NCBI RefSeq assembly: GCF_009914755.1
Contig: NC_060933.1
Reading direction: 5' to 3' (one strand)
DNA from: the human T2T-CHM13v2.0 reference genome, Homo sapiens
DNA: 64,000 nt
In this document: positions 12,045 to 25,389 of the stretch, one piece after another
How the letters are laid out: every line of letters starts with the position of its first letter
How positions within the stretch are numbered: the first letter of the stretch is position 1
Notes under the pieces: model-generated
Seen by the model: the letters and a program-made list of their open reading frames with translations, nothing else
What the model was told of the DNA's origin: nothing
The model's database searches: none
Made by a program: the position numbers and the translations under genes

Positions 12045-13180
12045 AGAGAGATTTAACCTTTCCATTAAATAAAAAAGTAACAGAGCAGGACCCAGGGTTC
12101 TGTGAACAGTCTCAGGAACAAGTTAATGCCTTTGCCGCAGGCAATGGAGAATGAAGAGAAGACGGGAGGTTCAGTTGGAACTGTCATTCAACTTGGCCAT
12201 GGGGCACAGGGGCCTACTTGCTGCCACAGATGTACAAAAGGATCAACCAAATGTTGAGACCTTGGCACCGGATGTGTCGGGGTGCCCGGGGCTTGCTGTC
12301 TAGGCAGGTGCCACTAGAGCTGTCCTCTTGGCTGCTACATGCCCCAGGAGACGCTTTATTTTCTGTTGTTGCTTTTTTTCTGTTAGTTTTGATTTGTTTT
12401 CTTGTCTCCTTGTGTGCCTTATTCTTTTTTAGTGTGTGCCAGATGTTGTGTTTGCAAAATTATTTGTGGAAATGATTTAGAGACTAGGGTGATGTTATCT
12501 TCCTCCAAAGTGGATCTATGTTGGCTTCTGTGAGGCATTTGGGAGCATCAAAACTTGGTATCACCTCAATTCGATTTCAGGGCTTGGGAAGATTTGAAGC
12601 TGAACTACAGCATCTGTAAATGTCTGTTTCCTTCTGATTTGCCCTTATTCCTATGGTGCTGCCCTTTGAGAGTCCATCCCAAAAGGAGAACATTTAGTGA
12701 GGGGCCTTTCAAGGTGAGTCTTTCACAACAAAACTTACTCCCCATCTCCATGAGGCTGTCAGTAATGCTTCCCAGCCTCTCCCTGGCTCCCTCCAGAAGC
12801 TGCAAATGCTCGAGTTGAATCACAGCCACAAGTGCTAGACTTACATCTCTAGGTCCTTGTTTTTCCCCAGAGTCATAACCCTATGTTCCTCATTGTCTTA
12901 TTACTTCTCCAATGTTTTATGTATTTTTTCCAGTTTGTCTAATGGTCATCTGCAAGACAGTTAGTCCAAATTAGCCTGTTTGTTCTTACCAGAAGCAGAA
13001 GTTAAATATTGACCTGTACTACATTGTTCCTAGAACCCCATAGAGATGAACAAATCATCAGCGCTATTCTCCAGTTGCTCAGCAGGGCAAGGATTTGTGC
13101 CTGGCCTTCCAGGTACTTTTGGAGTAAGAGGATGCTGAGGTTGACCTCTGAGTTCCTCCAGGTGACAGAGCAGATGCACC

Positions 13181-14130
13181 ATGAACAGGTCCAATGAGGC
13201 CTCCCCTGTGTTGGGGTTCGTTCTCCTGGGCCTCTCTGCCCACCCATAGCTGGAGAAGACATTCTTTGTGTTCATCCTGCTGGTGTACCTGGTGATCCTG
13301 CTGGGCAACGGGGTCCTCATCCTGGTGACCATCCTTGACTCCCGCCTGCACACACCCATGTACTTCTTCCTGGGGAACCTCTCCTTCCTGGACATCTGCT
13401 ATACAACCTCCTCATCCTTGACAGCTTCCTGACCCCCAGGAAAACCATCTCCTTCTCAGCCTGTGCAGTACAGATGTTCCTCTCCTTTGCCATGGGAGCC
13501 ACAGAGTGTGTTCTCCTGAGCATGATGGCTTTTGATCACTACCTGGACATGTGCAACCCCCTTAGGTACCCTGTGGTCATGAGCAAGGCTGCCTACATGC
13601 CCATGGCTGTTGGCTCCTGGGCAGCTGGTATCACCAACTCTGTAGTACAGATATCCCTAGCAATGTGACTGCCCTTCTGTGGGGACAATGTCATCAATCA
13701 CTTCACCTGTGAGATCCTGGCAGTTCTAAAGTTGGCCTGTGCTGACATCTGCATCAACGTGATCAGCATGGTTGTGACCAACATGATCTTCCTTGCACTC
13801 CCAGTCCTGTTTATTTTTGTCTCATATGTCTTCATCATTGCCACCATCCTGAGAATCCCCTCAGCTGAGGGGAGGAAAAAGGCCTTCTCCACCTGCTCTG
13901 CCCACCTCACTGTCGTGATCGTCTTCTATGGGATGATCCTCTTCATGTATGGGAAGCCCAAGTCTAAGGACCCAATGGGAGCAGACAAACAGGACCTTGC
14001 AGACAAACTCATCTCCATTTTCTATGGAGTGGTGACCCCCATTCTCAACCCCATCATCTACAGCCCGAGGAACAAAGATTTGAAAGCTGCTATGAGGAAC
14101 CTGGTGGCTCAAAAACACCTAACAGAGTGA
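13181..14130 (+). pseudogene. OR2S1P: Class II olfactory receptor pseudogene (OR2S2-like; 319 aa if repaired)
   Basis: Starts [22 protein letters not shown]. Lesions: TAG at 13247-13249, a 10-bp deletion near 13410-13414, DRY changed to DHY, TGA at 13666-13668. Ends KHLTE*. Acceptor AG at 13160-13161. Symbol from recalled gene order. Confidence 0.88.
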
Positions 14131-14433
14131 CTATCACAGATCCCCAGACTGCGAGAATGCATAACCTCCAAATTCCTCATTGTTCTTTTGGGGAAATGGT
14201 AACCAGGGAGGACCTTAGACTGTCAATAGAAAGAACCATAAAATTTCTGAGGCTGCTGGTTAGTTTGCTGGCTTTACACAGAATCGTGCTGTGTCATATC
14301 ATAGCTATATTTTACTGACTAAATCTTAAATTCTTTGATACAGAATTTGATGAATATCCATAAGAGTTATAGAGGTGGTCAAAAGAGACAAACAAACAAA
14401 AATTTTAGTGGTACTGGGATCTTGGAGGATACA

Positions 14434-14817
14434 GGATATGGTTGGGCTCTGTGTCCCTGCCCAAATCTCCTGTCGAATTGTAATCCCCAGTGTTGGAGGA
14501 GGGGCCTGGTAAGAGGTGATTGGATCATGGGGGCAGATTTCCCCCTTGCTGTTCTCATGATAGTGAGTCAGTTCCCATGAGATCTAGATGTTTAAAAGTG
14601 TGTAGCACCTCCTGTTTCACCCTCTTCCTCCTACTCCAGCCATGTAGGACATGATTGCTTCCCCTTTGCCTTCCGCCATGATTGTAAGTTTCCTGAGGCC
14701 TCCCCAGCCATGCTTCCTGTACAGCATGTGGAACAGCGAGCCAATTAAACCTCTTTTCTTTGTAAATTACCCAGTTTCAGGTATTTCTTTATATCATTGC
14801 AAGAATGGACTAATACA
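14434..14817 (+). mobile_element. MSTA-type MaLR solo LTR
   Basis: GATATGGTTGGGCTCTGTGTCCC ... CCAATTAAACCTCTTTTC ... GGACTAATACA. Confidence 0.85.
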
Positions 14818-15485
14818 ATGTTGTTTTGTCCTGTGTAAAACTGCTACTTACTCTACTCTGATTTTGTGTTACCCCAGAGACCTTTGCTGTTTCTCATGTA
14901 GGGATAAATTGGAAAATGTCATCTGCCCCAACATATAATGGTGAGCATTAGCACTATGGCAGGAATTCTTCTCACATCTTAGCACTAGAAATAGTGAGAC
15001 CTGAGCAGCTGCTTTGTTTTGACCTCATGGGCACTAAGAATCTTGTCATTCACAACATTCATCTATTTATTGTCACCACAGGAGAATTCAGAGGCAAACT
15101 TGCCACCCCACTGAAGCAGTAACTAAGTACTGTATGACTGGGTGCCAGTAGCTTCCAAACTTTTGTCCATGCAACCAACATAATGCATAGCAGTTACACA
15201 CAGCACATATTCCATGAGTATGTCCACATTGTTCTGGAACACCAAAAAGACTGTGAGGAAGCAAATGCAAAAGTAATTCTCAATCCTACAACTAATAACA
15301 GGCCAATAATAACAGTCATCCCCGACCATCTCTGACGCCAGTGAGATTGGCTGTGTGTCCTTTGCATCTCAAAGAGCTCTAAGTCCATGACTTCCTTCTA
15401 CACTCAAGGAACAGACTGAGATAGGAGTGAAACTTAATGTGTTATAGTGACTATTTTCAGTCCACTTTATATTTGTAAATGTCAG

Positions 15486-15829
15486 TGTCTTCATCCATTT
15501 TTGCTGCTATAACAATATACCTGAGACTAGGTAATGTATAAATAGCACAAATTTATTTCTCACAGTTCTAGAGGCTGGGAAGCCCAAGATCAAGGCACCA
15601 ACATGTTCAATGTCTGGTGACAGTCCAGTCTCTGCTTCCAAGATGATACCTTGAACACTATGTCCTCACATGGCAGAAGGGATGAAAAAGCAAAAAAGGG
15701 GCTAGCTAGTTCCCTCCAGCCTTTTTATAAGGTTACTAATCCCATTCATGGGGTTGTACCTTTTAATACTATCACATTGATAATTAAGTTTCAACATATG
15801 AATTTAGGGGAACCATTCAGACCATGGCA
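15486..15829 (-). mobile_element. MSTD/MLT1A-type MaLR LTR
   Basis: TGCTGCTATAACAATATACCTGAGACTAGG ... TTTATTTCTCACAGTTCTAGAGGCTGGGAAG ... CAGACCATGGCA. Confidence 0.75.
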
Positions 15830-16323
15830 GTCAGTTATTATCAAATTTTGGTCCTTTAGCCATGCCAAGACATACTAGGTTGTTTTCTCCTTTTCTTTTC
15901 TCTTTTTTTCTTCCTCATCCCCATGTGAAATAAGACTCAGGTCTTTGCCCTAAATGCATTTTTATTGGTGGGAGTGTAATGAGGACATAGAGAGGGTGGC
16001 CTAGAGAATTAAAACAGCTGGAATTCACCAGTTCCCATCACTTTTTAAAAAGCCTAAGCCCATTAAAGAGACACATTCAGATGTCCAGAAGGGGAAGAAG
16101 AAAGGGCAGACGTGAAAACAGGAAGGAGGAGAGATTCCTTCCAGAGGCCGGAGAGAGGTGGAGGTCACAGATCCCACTCTAGGCAGGACTCACCCCTACT
16201 GCAAATGTGAGAACCAGCTATTATGTATGTCTGTGCCAGTTATGCATTTGGAAACCTGGAGAATGAGTACCAGTGGTTAGTTCCATAAAAATCCATTTGT
16301 CCTATCAGGAAACAAACTTGGAC

Positions 16324-17340
16324 CTAGACCCCATTTATCACCTGATTTCCATATACTCCTACAGTAGATGCTCCTTTGGGTTCCTTGGTATTGGTGTCAG
16401 TTAAGATTCTATAACCAACAGCCCTCAAAATATTGGGGTATTCCATTTTCCCCAGTGTACAGCTACTCAGGGAAATAGTCACAAGTTCCTGGAGGGAAAT
16501 ATAGAGAAAATCACCACTACATACATGCAAGGGAATGCCCTTGAGGCATTCTTCCTCAAAGAACAGCCTCTCCTTCAATTGAGGTATTTTGGATCTGAGA
16601 ATTAATTTAGGTCTGGAATTGAGTGAATGATCATAATTTTTCAACAGGGAAGCTGTTATCAGGCTTCTGCTCATCCATGCTTGATTTTTTTTTTAATTAC
16701 CTACATTTACAACCTTCTAAATTGCCTACCTGTCTTGCTCCCAGGAACATCACAGTTTCATACTCATTACCGTACATTCCTGTGGGTCAGGCCCTCTGGT
16801 TGCTATTCTGACCTTGCTGTCTATTACAGTAATTAATCTTCTTGCCCCTAATAGTTAAGTGCTGCCATCAGGCCTCTACTATTCTGGAAAATTATCATCT
16901 CCATTAACACTAGGGACCCCACTTCCAAAACAGCACCTCCTACAGTCAGCCTCAGCTGACAGAGGATAAACACTGCTGAGGTTCTCAATAATGCACCTCA
17001 CTAGTGCATTTTCTTATTAACTTAGTGAAGAGAGTGTCCTCTAGCCTTCCTAGGGAACATAGCCATCTGGTAGGTCTAATTTGGAAGTCCATTGAGCATA
17101 CCAAATTCTTTGAACCTTTTGGCTCCTTCCTCTACACTCTGCCAAGGCAGTTTGATGTTTCCAGGAGCCACCCCAACCGTCCTGAAGGATCTCTTGGTTG
17201 CCAGACACCCTCTCTAAAACAGCGGCCAGCAGAACAGCAGCCTGTTCCTCTGTGGGGGCTGTGATGGCCTGATGACTTTTAAAGAAGTCCCTTTCAATGA
17301 GCAATTTGAAAAAATTGTGATTCCTGGCATACACCCACTC
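16324..17340 (-). mobile_element. Degenerate ERVL-class internal (gag-pro) remnant
   Basis: Minus-strand translation ends VGVYGNQVINGV, which resembles the ERVL protease region (VGAYGGQVINGV). An EDTLFTK-like gag segment lies near 17020-17050. Many stops and frameshifts. Confidence 0.65.
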
Positions 17341-17458
17341 TCAACTCCTTAGAAATAGCATAGGTTTAATATGAATTTAGGCCCAAAAAATAGAGAAGCC
17401 TTATTTCACAAGACATGAGGCATTTCTGTGACTCTGATACCAGATAACATAAACTCTA

Positions 17459-17997
<539 letters not shown>

Positions 17998-18014
17998 AGA
18001 AAAATGGAGTTCTT

Positions 18015-18300
18015 GCTGGGCGTGGTGCTCATGCCTGTAATCCCAGCACTTTGGGAGGGTGAGGCAGGAGGTTCTCTTCAGGCCAAGAGTTTGAGACCAG
18101 CATGGGCAACAGAGTGAGACCCCCCACTCCATCTCTACAAAAACATTTTTAAAAGTTAACCAGGTGTAGTGGTGCACACATGTAGTCCCAGATACTCGGG
18201 ACTGAGGCAGAGGGATCGCTTGAGCCCAGAAGTTCAAGGCTGTGGTAAGCTGATTGTGCCACTGCATTCCAGCCTGGGTGACAAAGCCAGACCCCAGAAA
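18015..18300 (+). mobile_element. Alu (J-like)
   Basis: Full dimer directly after the preceding Alu. Confidence 0.9.
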
Positions 18301-18447
18301 GAAAATGGAGGTTTCATGGCTCTCCTCATCCCCAAGGTATTCACTTCTGGAAAAATTAATGGTTAGGATTACCCAAGTATACATAAATTCTAAACAAATA
18401 TATCCTACGTACATAGGGCTCTTCTTAGCACAGGGTGCTGGAAGAAA

Positions 18448-18788
18448 GCTGGCTTACAAGTTTTCAACTTTACAATGGTGAAAAAGTGATACACATTCAG
18501 TAGAAACTGTACTTCAAGTACCCATACAACCATTTTTTTCACCTTCAATATAGTAGTCAATAAATTACATGAGATATTCAACACTTTCTTATAAAATTAC
18601 TTTGTGCTAGATGATTTTGCCCAACTGTAGACTGCTGTAAGTGTTTTGAGCACATTTAAGGTAGGCTAGGCTAAGCTATGATGTTCAGCAAGTTAAGGGT
18701 ATTAAATGCATTTTCAACTTACAATATTTTCCATTTATGATGGGTTTATCATGACGTTGCGCCATTGTAAGTTGAGGGGCATTTGTAT
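18448..18788. mobile_element. Tigger4-type DNA transposon
   Basis: GGTAGGCTAGGCTAAGCTATGATGTTC ... GCATTTTCAACTTAC ... GTAAGTTGAGGGGCATTTG-TA. Confidence 0.75.
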
Positions 18789-19572
18789 TCCAGCTGAGCC
18801 TGGAGGACCGTGATCAAGGAAGTAGTAAGGCTGGTATGCTTTGCACAGGAATTGGCCTGATTAGTCCCTAAGGCTCCTTCCAAGCTTGGGCCTACCATTG
18901 TCTATGAGCGGAACAAAAGCCAGAATTGAAGAATGGCCTGTACGGTGGTGTGTTTTAGGAAACCCTGATTAAGCAGAGAGCATCCATCCTGTGACTGTTT
19001 CTGACTATTTTGCATGACCACTGAAAGAAAAACACTGGCAAACACTCCAAACATGAATACTTCCAAATCAAATTAATTAGGCTTAAGTGATCCCAAAATA
19101 GAAACATCCCTCATCTTTCTTCTTACAAGAGAATGAAGGTTTGAACCATGATTCAATTTGTGGAATAAACCATATGGCTTCCTTCCCAGGACGGAAGAGG
19201 AGCTGCTCAAGGGGAATCAAAACATCCAGCCCTGGGTCAGAGAGGAATCTGACCTTGGAGACATGGGGCCCAGACAGAGTCCCTACAGATCCTGACCTGA
19301 CCTGTGTATGGAAGACGTCAGGGGCAGATGGATATTCATTCAGTCTTTTAGTCTGACCTTTACATTTAAAAGCAAAGAGGAAAACAGCCCTAGTTATAGG
19401 GCTGGGCCTCAGATCCAACTTAAAGGCTTACCAGTGGAATAAGAACATCTGCCCCCGTTCCTTAGACATATGTTTTGGATTTTATTGCACTTTCTCTCTT
19501 CATCTGAGGACAGATGTGATAGCTCTTTCCTTCTGAGGATGTTGTGAGAATGACAGTACATAAGGTGCCTAG

Positions 19573-19737
<165 letters not shown>

Positions 19738-19883
19738 TAGTTGCTCACTGCTTGTGGAATGAAGTCAAAATAATAACGAGTTATGATACGGAAGAGCCAT
19801 ATTCCTTTATTATACATGCCAGCAAGGGGAAGAGTAGACAGCAAATTCCAGTCTTCAATTTGTGGAGGGAATGCAGGGGTTTT

Positions 19884-20215
19884 TGGTGGTGGTGGTGGTG
19901 GTGGTGGTTTTTTTTTTTTTTTTTTTTTTTTTTTTGAGACAGTCTCACTCTGTCACCCAGGCTGGAGTGCGGTGGCACGATCTCGCTCACTACAAGCTCC
20001 ACCTCCTGGGTTCACGCCATTCTCCTGCCTCAGTCTCCCAAGTAGGTGGGATACAGGCACCTGCCACTGCACCTGCCTAATTTTTTTGTATTTTTAGTAT
20101 AAACGGGGTTTCACTGTGTTAGCCAGGATGGTCTCAATCTCCTGACCTCGTGATCTGCCTGCCTCGGCCTCCCGAAGTGCTGGGATTACAGGCGTGAGCC
20201 ACCGTGCCTGGCTGG
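19884..20215 (-). mobile_element. Alu (Y/Sc-like) with poly(T) and (GGT)n tail
   Basis: CAAGCTCCACCTCCTGGGTTCACGCCATTCTCC. Partial minus-strand Alus also at about 19590-19720 and 20750-20950. Confidence 0.9.
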
Positions 20216-21765
20216 GAATGCAAGGGTTTTTAAAGAAGGCATTTTGGAATGTGGAAAAGGCAAGTGGGGCTAGGAGATGCCAGGTGCTATGACAGTCCGA
20301 TGGCTCATCTTGAATTATTGTTCCATTTGGTGAAGGGGCTGGTGCCATTGTGGATCCTACCAGGTTATAAATTAATCACAGTCAACCTTGTGTTCACTCT
20401 TCAGCTGAGAGTGGGTTCCAGCCCTGAGGTAACCTTTTGTTGGACAGAGAATTCTGGAGGTGTCTGGTCCCTATCAGGATCTGACCTCTGAAGCATCAAA
20501 GGAAGCATATGACCAGATAAGTGAGCATGGTGTGTGCTTAACAAGCATCTAGGTAAATAAATGTGCATAAGGCATGGGAGCACAGAATGGGAAAAGAAAG
20601 GGAGTGGAGGTTCACAGCCCATTCTGAGGCTGTATTTCAAGATGAAAGGTAACACATAAGCAGTCTGTCTCAAAGTTATATCTTGAGACTGGGGGTGGGA
20701 GGAGGAAGAAAGGGGAAAGGAAAAAGAGTTATAAAATGCATTTTGAGGCTTAGCTGCTAAGCTGCTTGATTATAGCTGGGACTACTGGTGCATGCCCCCA
20801 AACCCAGCTATTTTCTAAAAAAAAAAATTTTGTAGAGATGGGGTCTCATTGTGTTGCCCAAGCTGGTTTTGAACTCCTGAGCTCAAGCAATCCGCCTGCC
20901 TCAGCCTCCCAAAGTGCTGGGATTACAAAGGGGAGTCACCGCATCTGGCCTCCTAGTACAAAATTTATATTCAATTGATAATAGCTCCTACCACTGCTTC
21001 TACAGCTGCTGTTGCTGTTATAGCCCTTGCACTGATTTTTTAGCATGTCTGTCTTCTCCTAAATATTGAGCTCTTTAAAGTAGAAACTTTGATTTTCATC
21101 TCTGAGTACCCAGCACTGAGAATCAGGCCTGGCACAGAAGGTGTGCTCAGTAGCCATCTCTTGACTTGAGCCAAACGGCCACGGCACAGACACTGTGTGC
21201 TTGCACAGGTACAGGACAGTCTCACAGCTCCTTGCTGGAAGTGCTCCTGTAGCAACCTGGGAAGGGGTCAGATCACAAAGCAGAGCTCGGAGGAGATGGA
21301 TTTCTACAGAGTTTGTATGGTTTTCAAGCACAGGGTAAAATAAAGCCAACTGCAAAACCTCTGGATTGTCAACAAGCTTATGATGACCCAGGATAAATCA
21401 CATGTGAGCACCTAGAAATCCGAAAGAGAGATTTTTAGTTCCCTGAAAAAAGCAAGGGAAATCTCAGGACCAGCCTCAGAAGCAAGTCAGTGTCTTTCGT
21501 GAGAGCTGATGGGGAATGAGGAGGAGGGAAGTTCAGAGATAACTGAACTTCAACTTGGCCAAAACGTGCAGGAGGCCCCTTGCTATCCAGTCATAGAGGC
21601 TCACTGGTGAAGTGAAATTTACTTAAAGGTCAGTAAAAGTTTAAAGTCTTGGCACTGGAGTTACAGGGTACCTGGGACTGACTCCTGGCTGATATCACCA
21701 GAGCAGAGGAGTTCTTGGCCCATCTGCCCTAAGGGAAGGGAAGAGACTAAATGTCATCAGTCACC

Positions 21766-22115
21766 TGCCCTTCTATGGGGACATCATCAACCACTTGACC
21801 TGTGAGGTCCTGGCTGTCCTGAAGTTGGCCTGTGCTGACATCTCTATCAACATGATCAGGCAAAAGGCCTTCTCCACCTGCTCTGCCCACCTCACAGTTG
21901 TGGTCATCTTCTACAGGACCATCCTCTTCACGCATGGGAAGCCCAAGTCGAAGGACCCACTGGGGGCAGACAAGCAGGATTTTGCAGACAAACTCATCTC
22001 CCTCTCCTATGGAGTGGTCACCCCCATGCTGAACACCATCATCTACAGCCTGAGGAAAAAGGGTGTGAAGGCTGCTGTGAAGAACCTGGTATTTCAGAAA
22101 CCCCTAACTGAATGA
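21766..22115 (+). pseudogene. OR2AM1P: Olfactory receptor 3' fragment (EC2, TM6, TM7); 5' half missing and TM5 deleted
   Basis: [43 protein letters not shown]...[13 protein letters not shown]...KPLTE*. A 108-bp in-frame deletion relative to the paralogs. The symbol is less certain than the OR call. Confidence 0.8.
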
Positions 22116-22675
22116 CAGACTGTCAGAATCCCAGGTGGCCAGAACATATGATCTCTAAGCACCTCACTGTGCTCATGGGGAAATGATAACTCAGAGGAAA
22201 GAAGGGACTTTCCCAAGGTCCAGGCCATGAACCATGGGACTAGGACGAACAAGTAAACTGAGTGTCCCCTGTTGTGTCACAAGTAATGGAAGCTTCTATC
22301 AAAGGACCTAGAGGGAAAGTGCCCCCACATTTCTACTTTTAATTTCCCATTGCCCCATTTCCTTACCTATCTATTTTTAATTTTTTGGCCTTGAATACAT
22401 TTTTGGGTTACCACAAATCCTTTCTGACATGAGAGTAGGCATAATTGCAACCAAAGAAACAAAGCAACAAAAAAGCAAACAAAAAACCCAAATGAACTAA
22501 TGACAAGACATGGCAGTGGGGGTTGGGGTGGGGGCTGGCCGTCGGAGCCCCTCCGTGGACCTTAGCTGTTTCTCTCCCCTGCTAGAAGCTAGTTTTAGAC
22601 TGCATGGCTTTGAGGTCCTTTCAAAGTTGACCTTCCAAGGCAGTGATTCTAGCCACAGGACCTTGAGTATTGTGG

Positions 22676-23108
22676 TGTATTAGGCCATTCTTGTACTGCT
22701 ATAAAGAAATACCTGAGACTGGGTAATTTATAAAGAAAAGAAGTTTAACTGGCTCATGGTTCTGCAGACTATACAAACATGGCTCCAGCATCTGCTTAAC
22801 TTCTGGGGAGGCCTCAGGGATCTTTTACTCATGGCAGAAGGTGAAGTGGGAGCAGGCACTTCACATGGCCAAAGCAGGAGTGAGTGAAAGAGAGAGAAAG
22901 ATAAAGAGAGAGAAAGAGAGAGAGAGCAGGCAGGAGGTGCCACACTTTACAACAACTGAATCTTGGGAGAACTCACTATCACAAAGACAGCACCAAGCCA
23001 TGAGGAATCTGCCCGTGATCCAAACACCTCCCACCAGGCCCCAGCTCCAGCACTGGGGATTACAATTCAATATGAGTTTTGGGTGAGGAAAGTATCCAAA
23101 CTATATCA
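22676..23108 (-). mobile_element. MSTA/MSTB-type MaLR solo LTR
   Basis: TG..CA ends; perfect TSD TGTGG at 22671-22675 and 23109-23113. Confidence 0.9.
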
Positions 23109-23609
23109 TGTGGAAATACCACTGGCCATCCGAATTGAATTATTATAACAGCAGCTTCTAGCACTTCCAGAGAAAACAAGATAGCTGTTCAAAGAGCATC
23201 TGAGGGGAGGGAGTGGAGAGGCAGCCGCTCAGGTCAGCATAGACCACAGAGTGCTTTCAGCCCAGGCCAGGCAGCCTGACACCTGCCTTCCAAGTCCAGC
23301 CCTAACACTATTTCCCGCTGCTGAGCACTTGGCTAAGTCTCCTTCCTTCTCTGGGCCTTGATTTCTTTGTCTGTAAAATGAGAGCGTATAGCCCGTCCCT
23401 GTCACTAGCCAATACAACTGGGGACTGCCAGAGAGGGGGAACTCATGGCTCGCACCCCACCACCCGCCACTCTTTGATTAGGGGTCTCCTCTGGGGTCGC
23501 CCCTCCATTCATTCCCTCCACAGTTCGTGAGCAATTGTTCCTAACTTCCAGTGCCACTTACAGAATTGGGTGGCTGGTTGCAGCTCTAGCTACCTGTGCC
23601 TGCTGCAAA

Positions 23610-23628
23610 CCTGCCACCTGGTGGACAT
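23610..23628 (-). promoter_or_regulatory. Candidate CTCF site, reverse orientation
   Basis: Minus strand TGTCCACCAGGTGGCAGG closely matches the CTCF core CCACCAGRKGGCRS. Confidence 0.6.
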
Positions 23629-23669
23629 TGCTGAAGCTGACAATTGAAATTTCTGCAAGCTCCTGAGAT

Positions 23670-23830
23670 AGGTGCTTCTCAAACTTGAATGTTTTCATGA
23701 GTTATCTGAGAATGTGGATAAGGATTCGGTGAGTCTGAGGTAGGGTCTGACATTCTACATCTCTAACAGATTTCCAGGTAATGTCTATGCTGCTGAACTC
23801 TGCAGGCCACGCTTTGAGGAGCAAAGCCCT
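23670..23830. mobile_element. MER5-type hAT-Charlie element
   Basis: GCTTCTCAAACTT ... CTAACAGATTTCCAGGT ... CCACGCTTTGAGGAGCA. Confidence 0.65.
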
Positions 23831-24326
23831 AGAAGATGTGGGACCAGGGCAGGAGGGCTGAAGGAAGAGGCAGGGTAGGAAGACGTCCTCGCGCAAGTCT
23901 CCTACTGTGAGCCAAGCCCTTGGGCATCAGCAAGCCTGTGAGGTGTTCATCAGCCCGGCAAATTCCCTCATAGCAAAAGCCTAAAATGTCAATGCTTTTA
24001 AGTCTCTGGGTTGCAGATTTCACTTAATTTTTGGCCTTTGAGTATCCCTTAGTTTCTGGAAAGCTCATCAGTACCTTTTAAAAAAATGTTTTTACATTTT
24101 ATTCAGCATGCTCAGTTGTGTTTCACACTCAGCAAGACGAGAATACTCAGAGAATCTAATTGTTCATGCTGCCAGAAGAGATACCCTTGACCAGTGTGGT
24201 TTTATATTCCCAAAATCAAGTTGCCCATTTGCTCCCCCTATTCAATCAATAGTTTCATTAATTCATGGAGATGAACAAAGACTCCCTAGAATGAAACGTT
24301 TGTTTTTCTCTTAGAGTGTCAAATTA

Positions 24327-24643
<317 letters not shown>

Positions 24644-25389
24644 ATTAGGCTTTCTGAGAGAAAAGAGAGTTTTTAAAAATCCAGAATTTCTCTTTTATAG
24701 ATTAAGAGCAAAATTGGGGGTTATCAGCAGTTTGGGTTTACCTTTATCTTTACTAAAAGGTATAGGCAAGAGAATTCACGATATAATAATTAAGGTTTCC
24801 AATGTCCTTAGGGAGAAATGGAGTGCTTTCTTAGCTAGAAGCTTGGTCAGATTGAAGAGGATAATCAGAAAAGATAGAACTAGTGTAAGATTCTATTGAT
24901 TGGATAGGGAGGAATTTAACACCTTCTCCATCCTGGGCTGGTGCCCAAGCTAGAGGTTGTGGGTGATGTTGAGAAAATAAAACCTCTGATAGAAAGTCCA
25001 TATTTGTTAAGGGCGAATCCATGAATATTTATGGTTCTTTACTTCTCCAGAATGACCAACATCTTATGGATGCTACAAGCCCAGAAGGACTGGGCCTGCA
25101 ACAGACCACCAATTCCAAGACACTCTCAGCCCCGATGGCACATGAAAGGGGTCCAGAATTCCTGTCCCCATTAGAAGGATACAGGGGTGGTTGGACATAT
25201 TATCTGATCATGTTGTCAGCAGGATCACCATGGTGAGTGATGAAGTGACCCCATTACTAAATCTTTCCATTTAATGGGTCAAGGCCATTGAATGGAAAGA
25301 TTTAGAACAAATGGGAATATTAGCCACATCTTCAGGGGTCCATTGTATCAGCAGTGTCAAAGCAGGCCCAAGCCAGTTGGGCGTTGATG

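Noticed and set aside
16324-16674. 116-aa ORF with a retroviral protease-like tail as a possible domesticated gene
   Set aside because: Homology switches frame and the catalytic DTG motif is lost; it is a decayed ERVL remnant.
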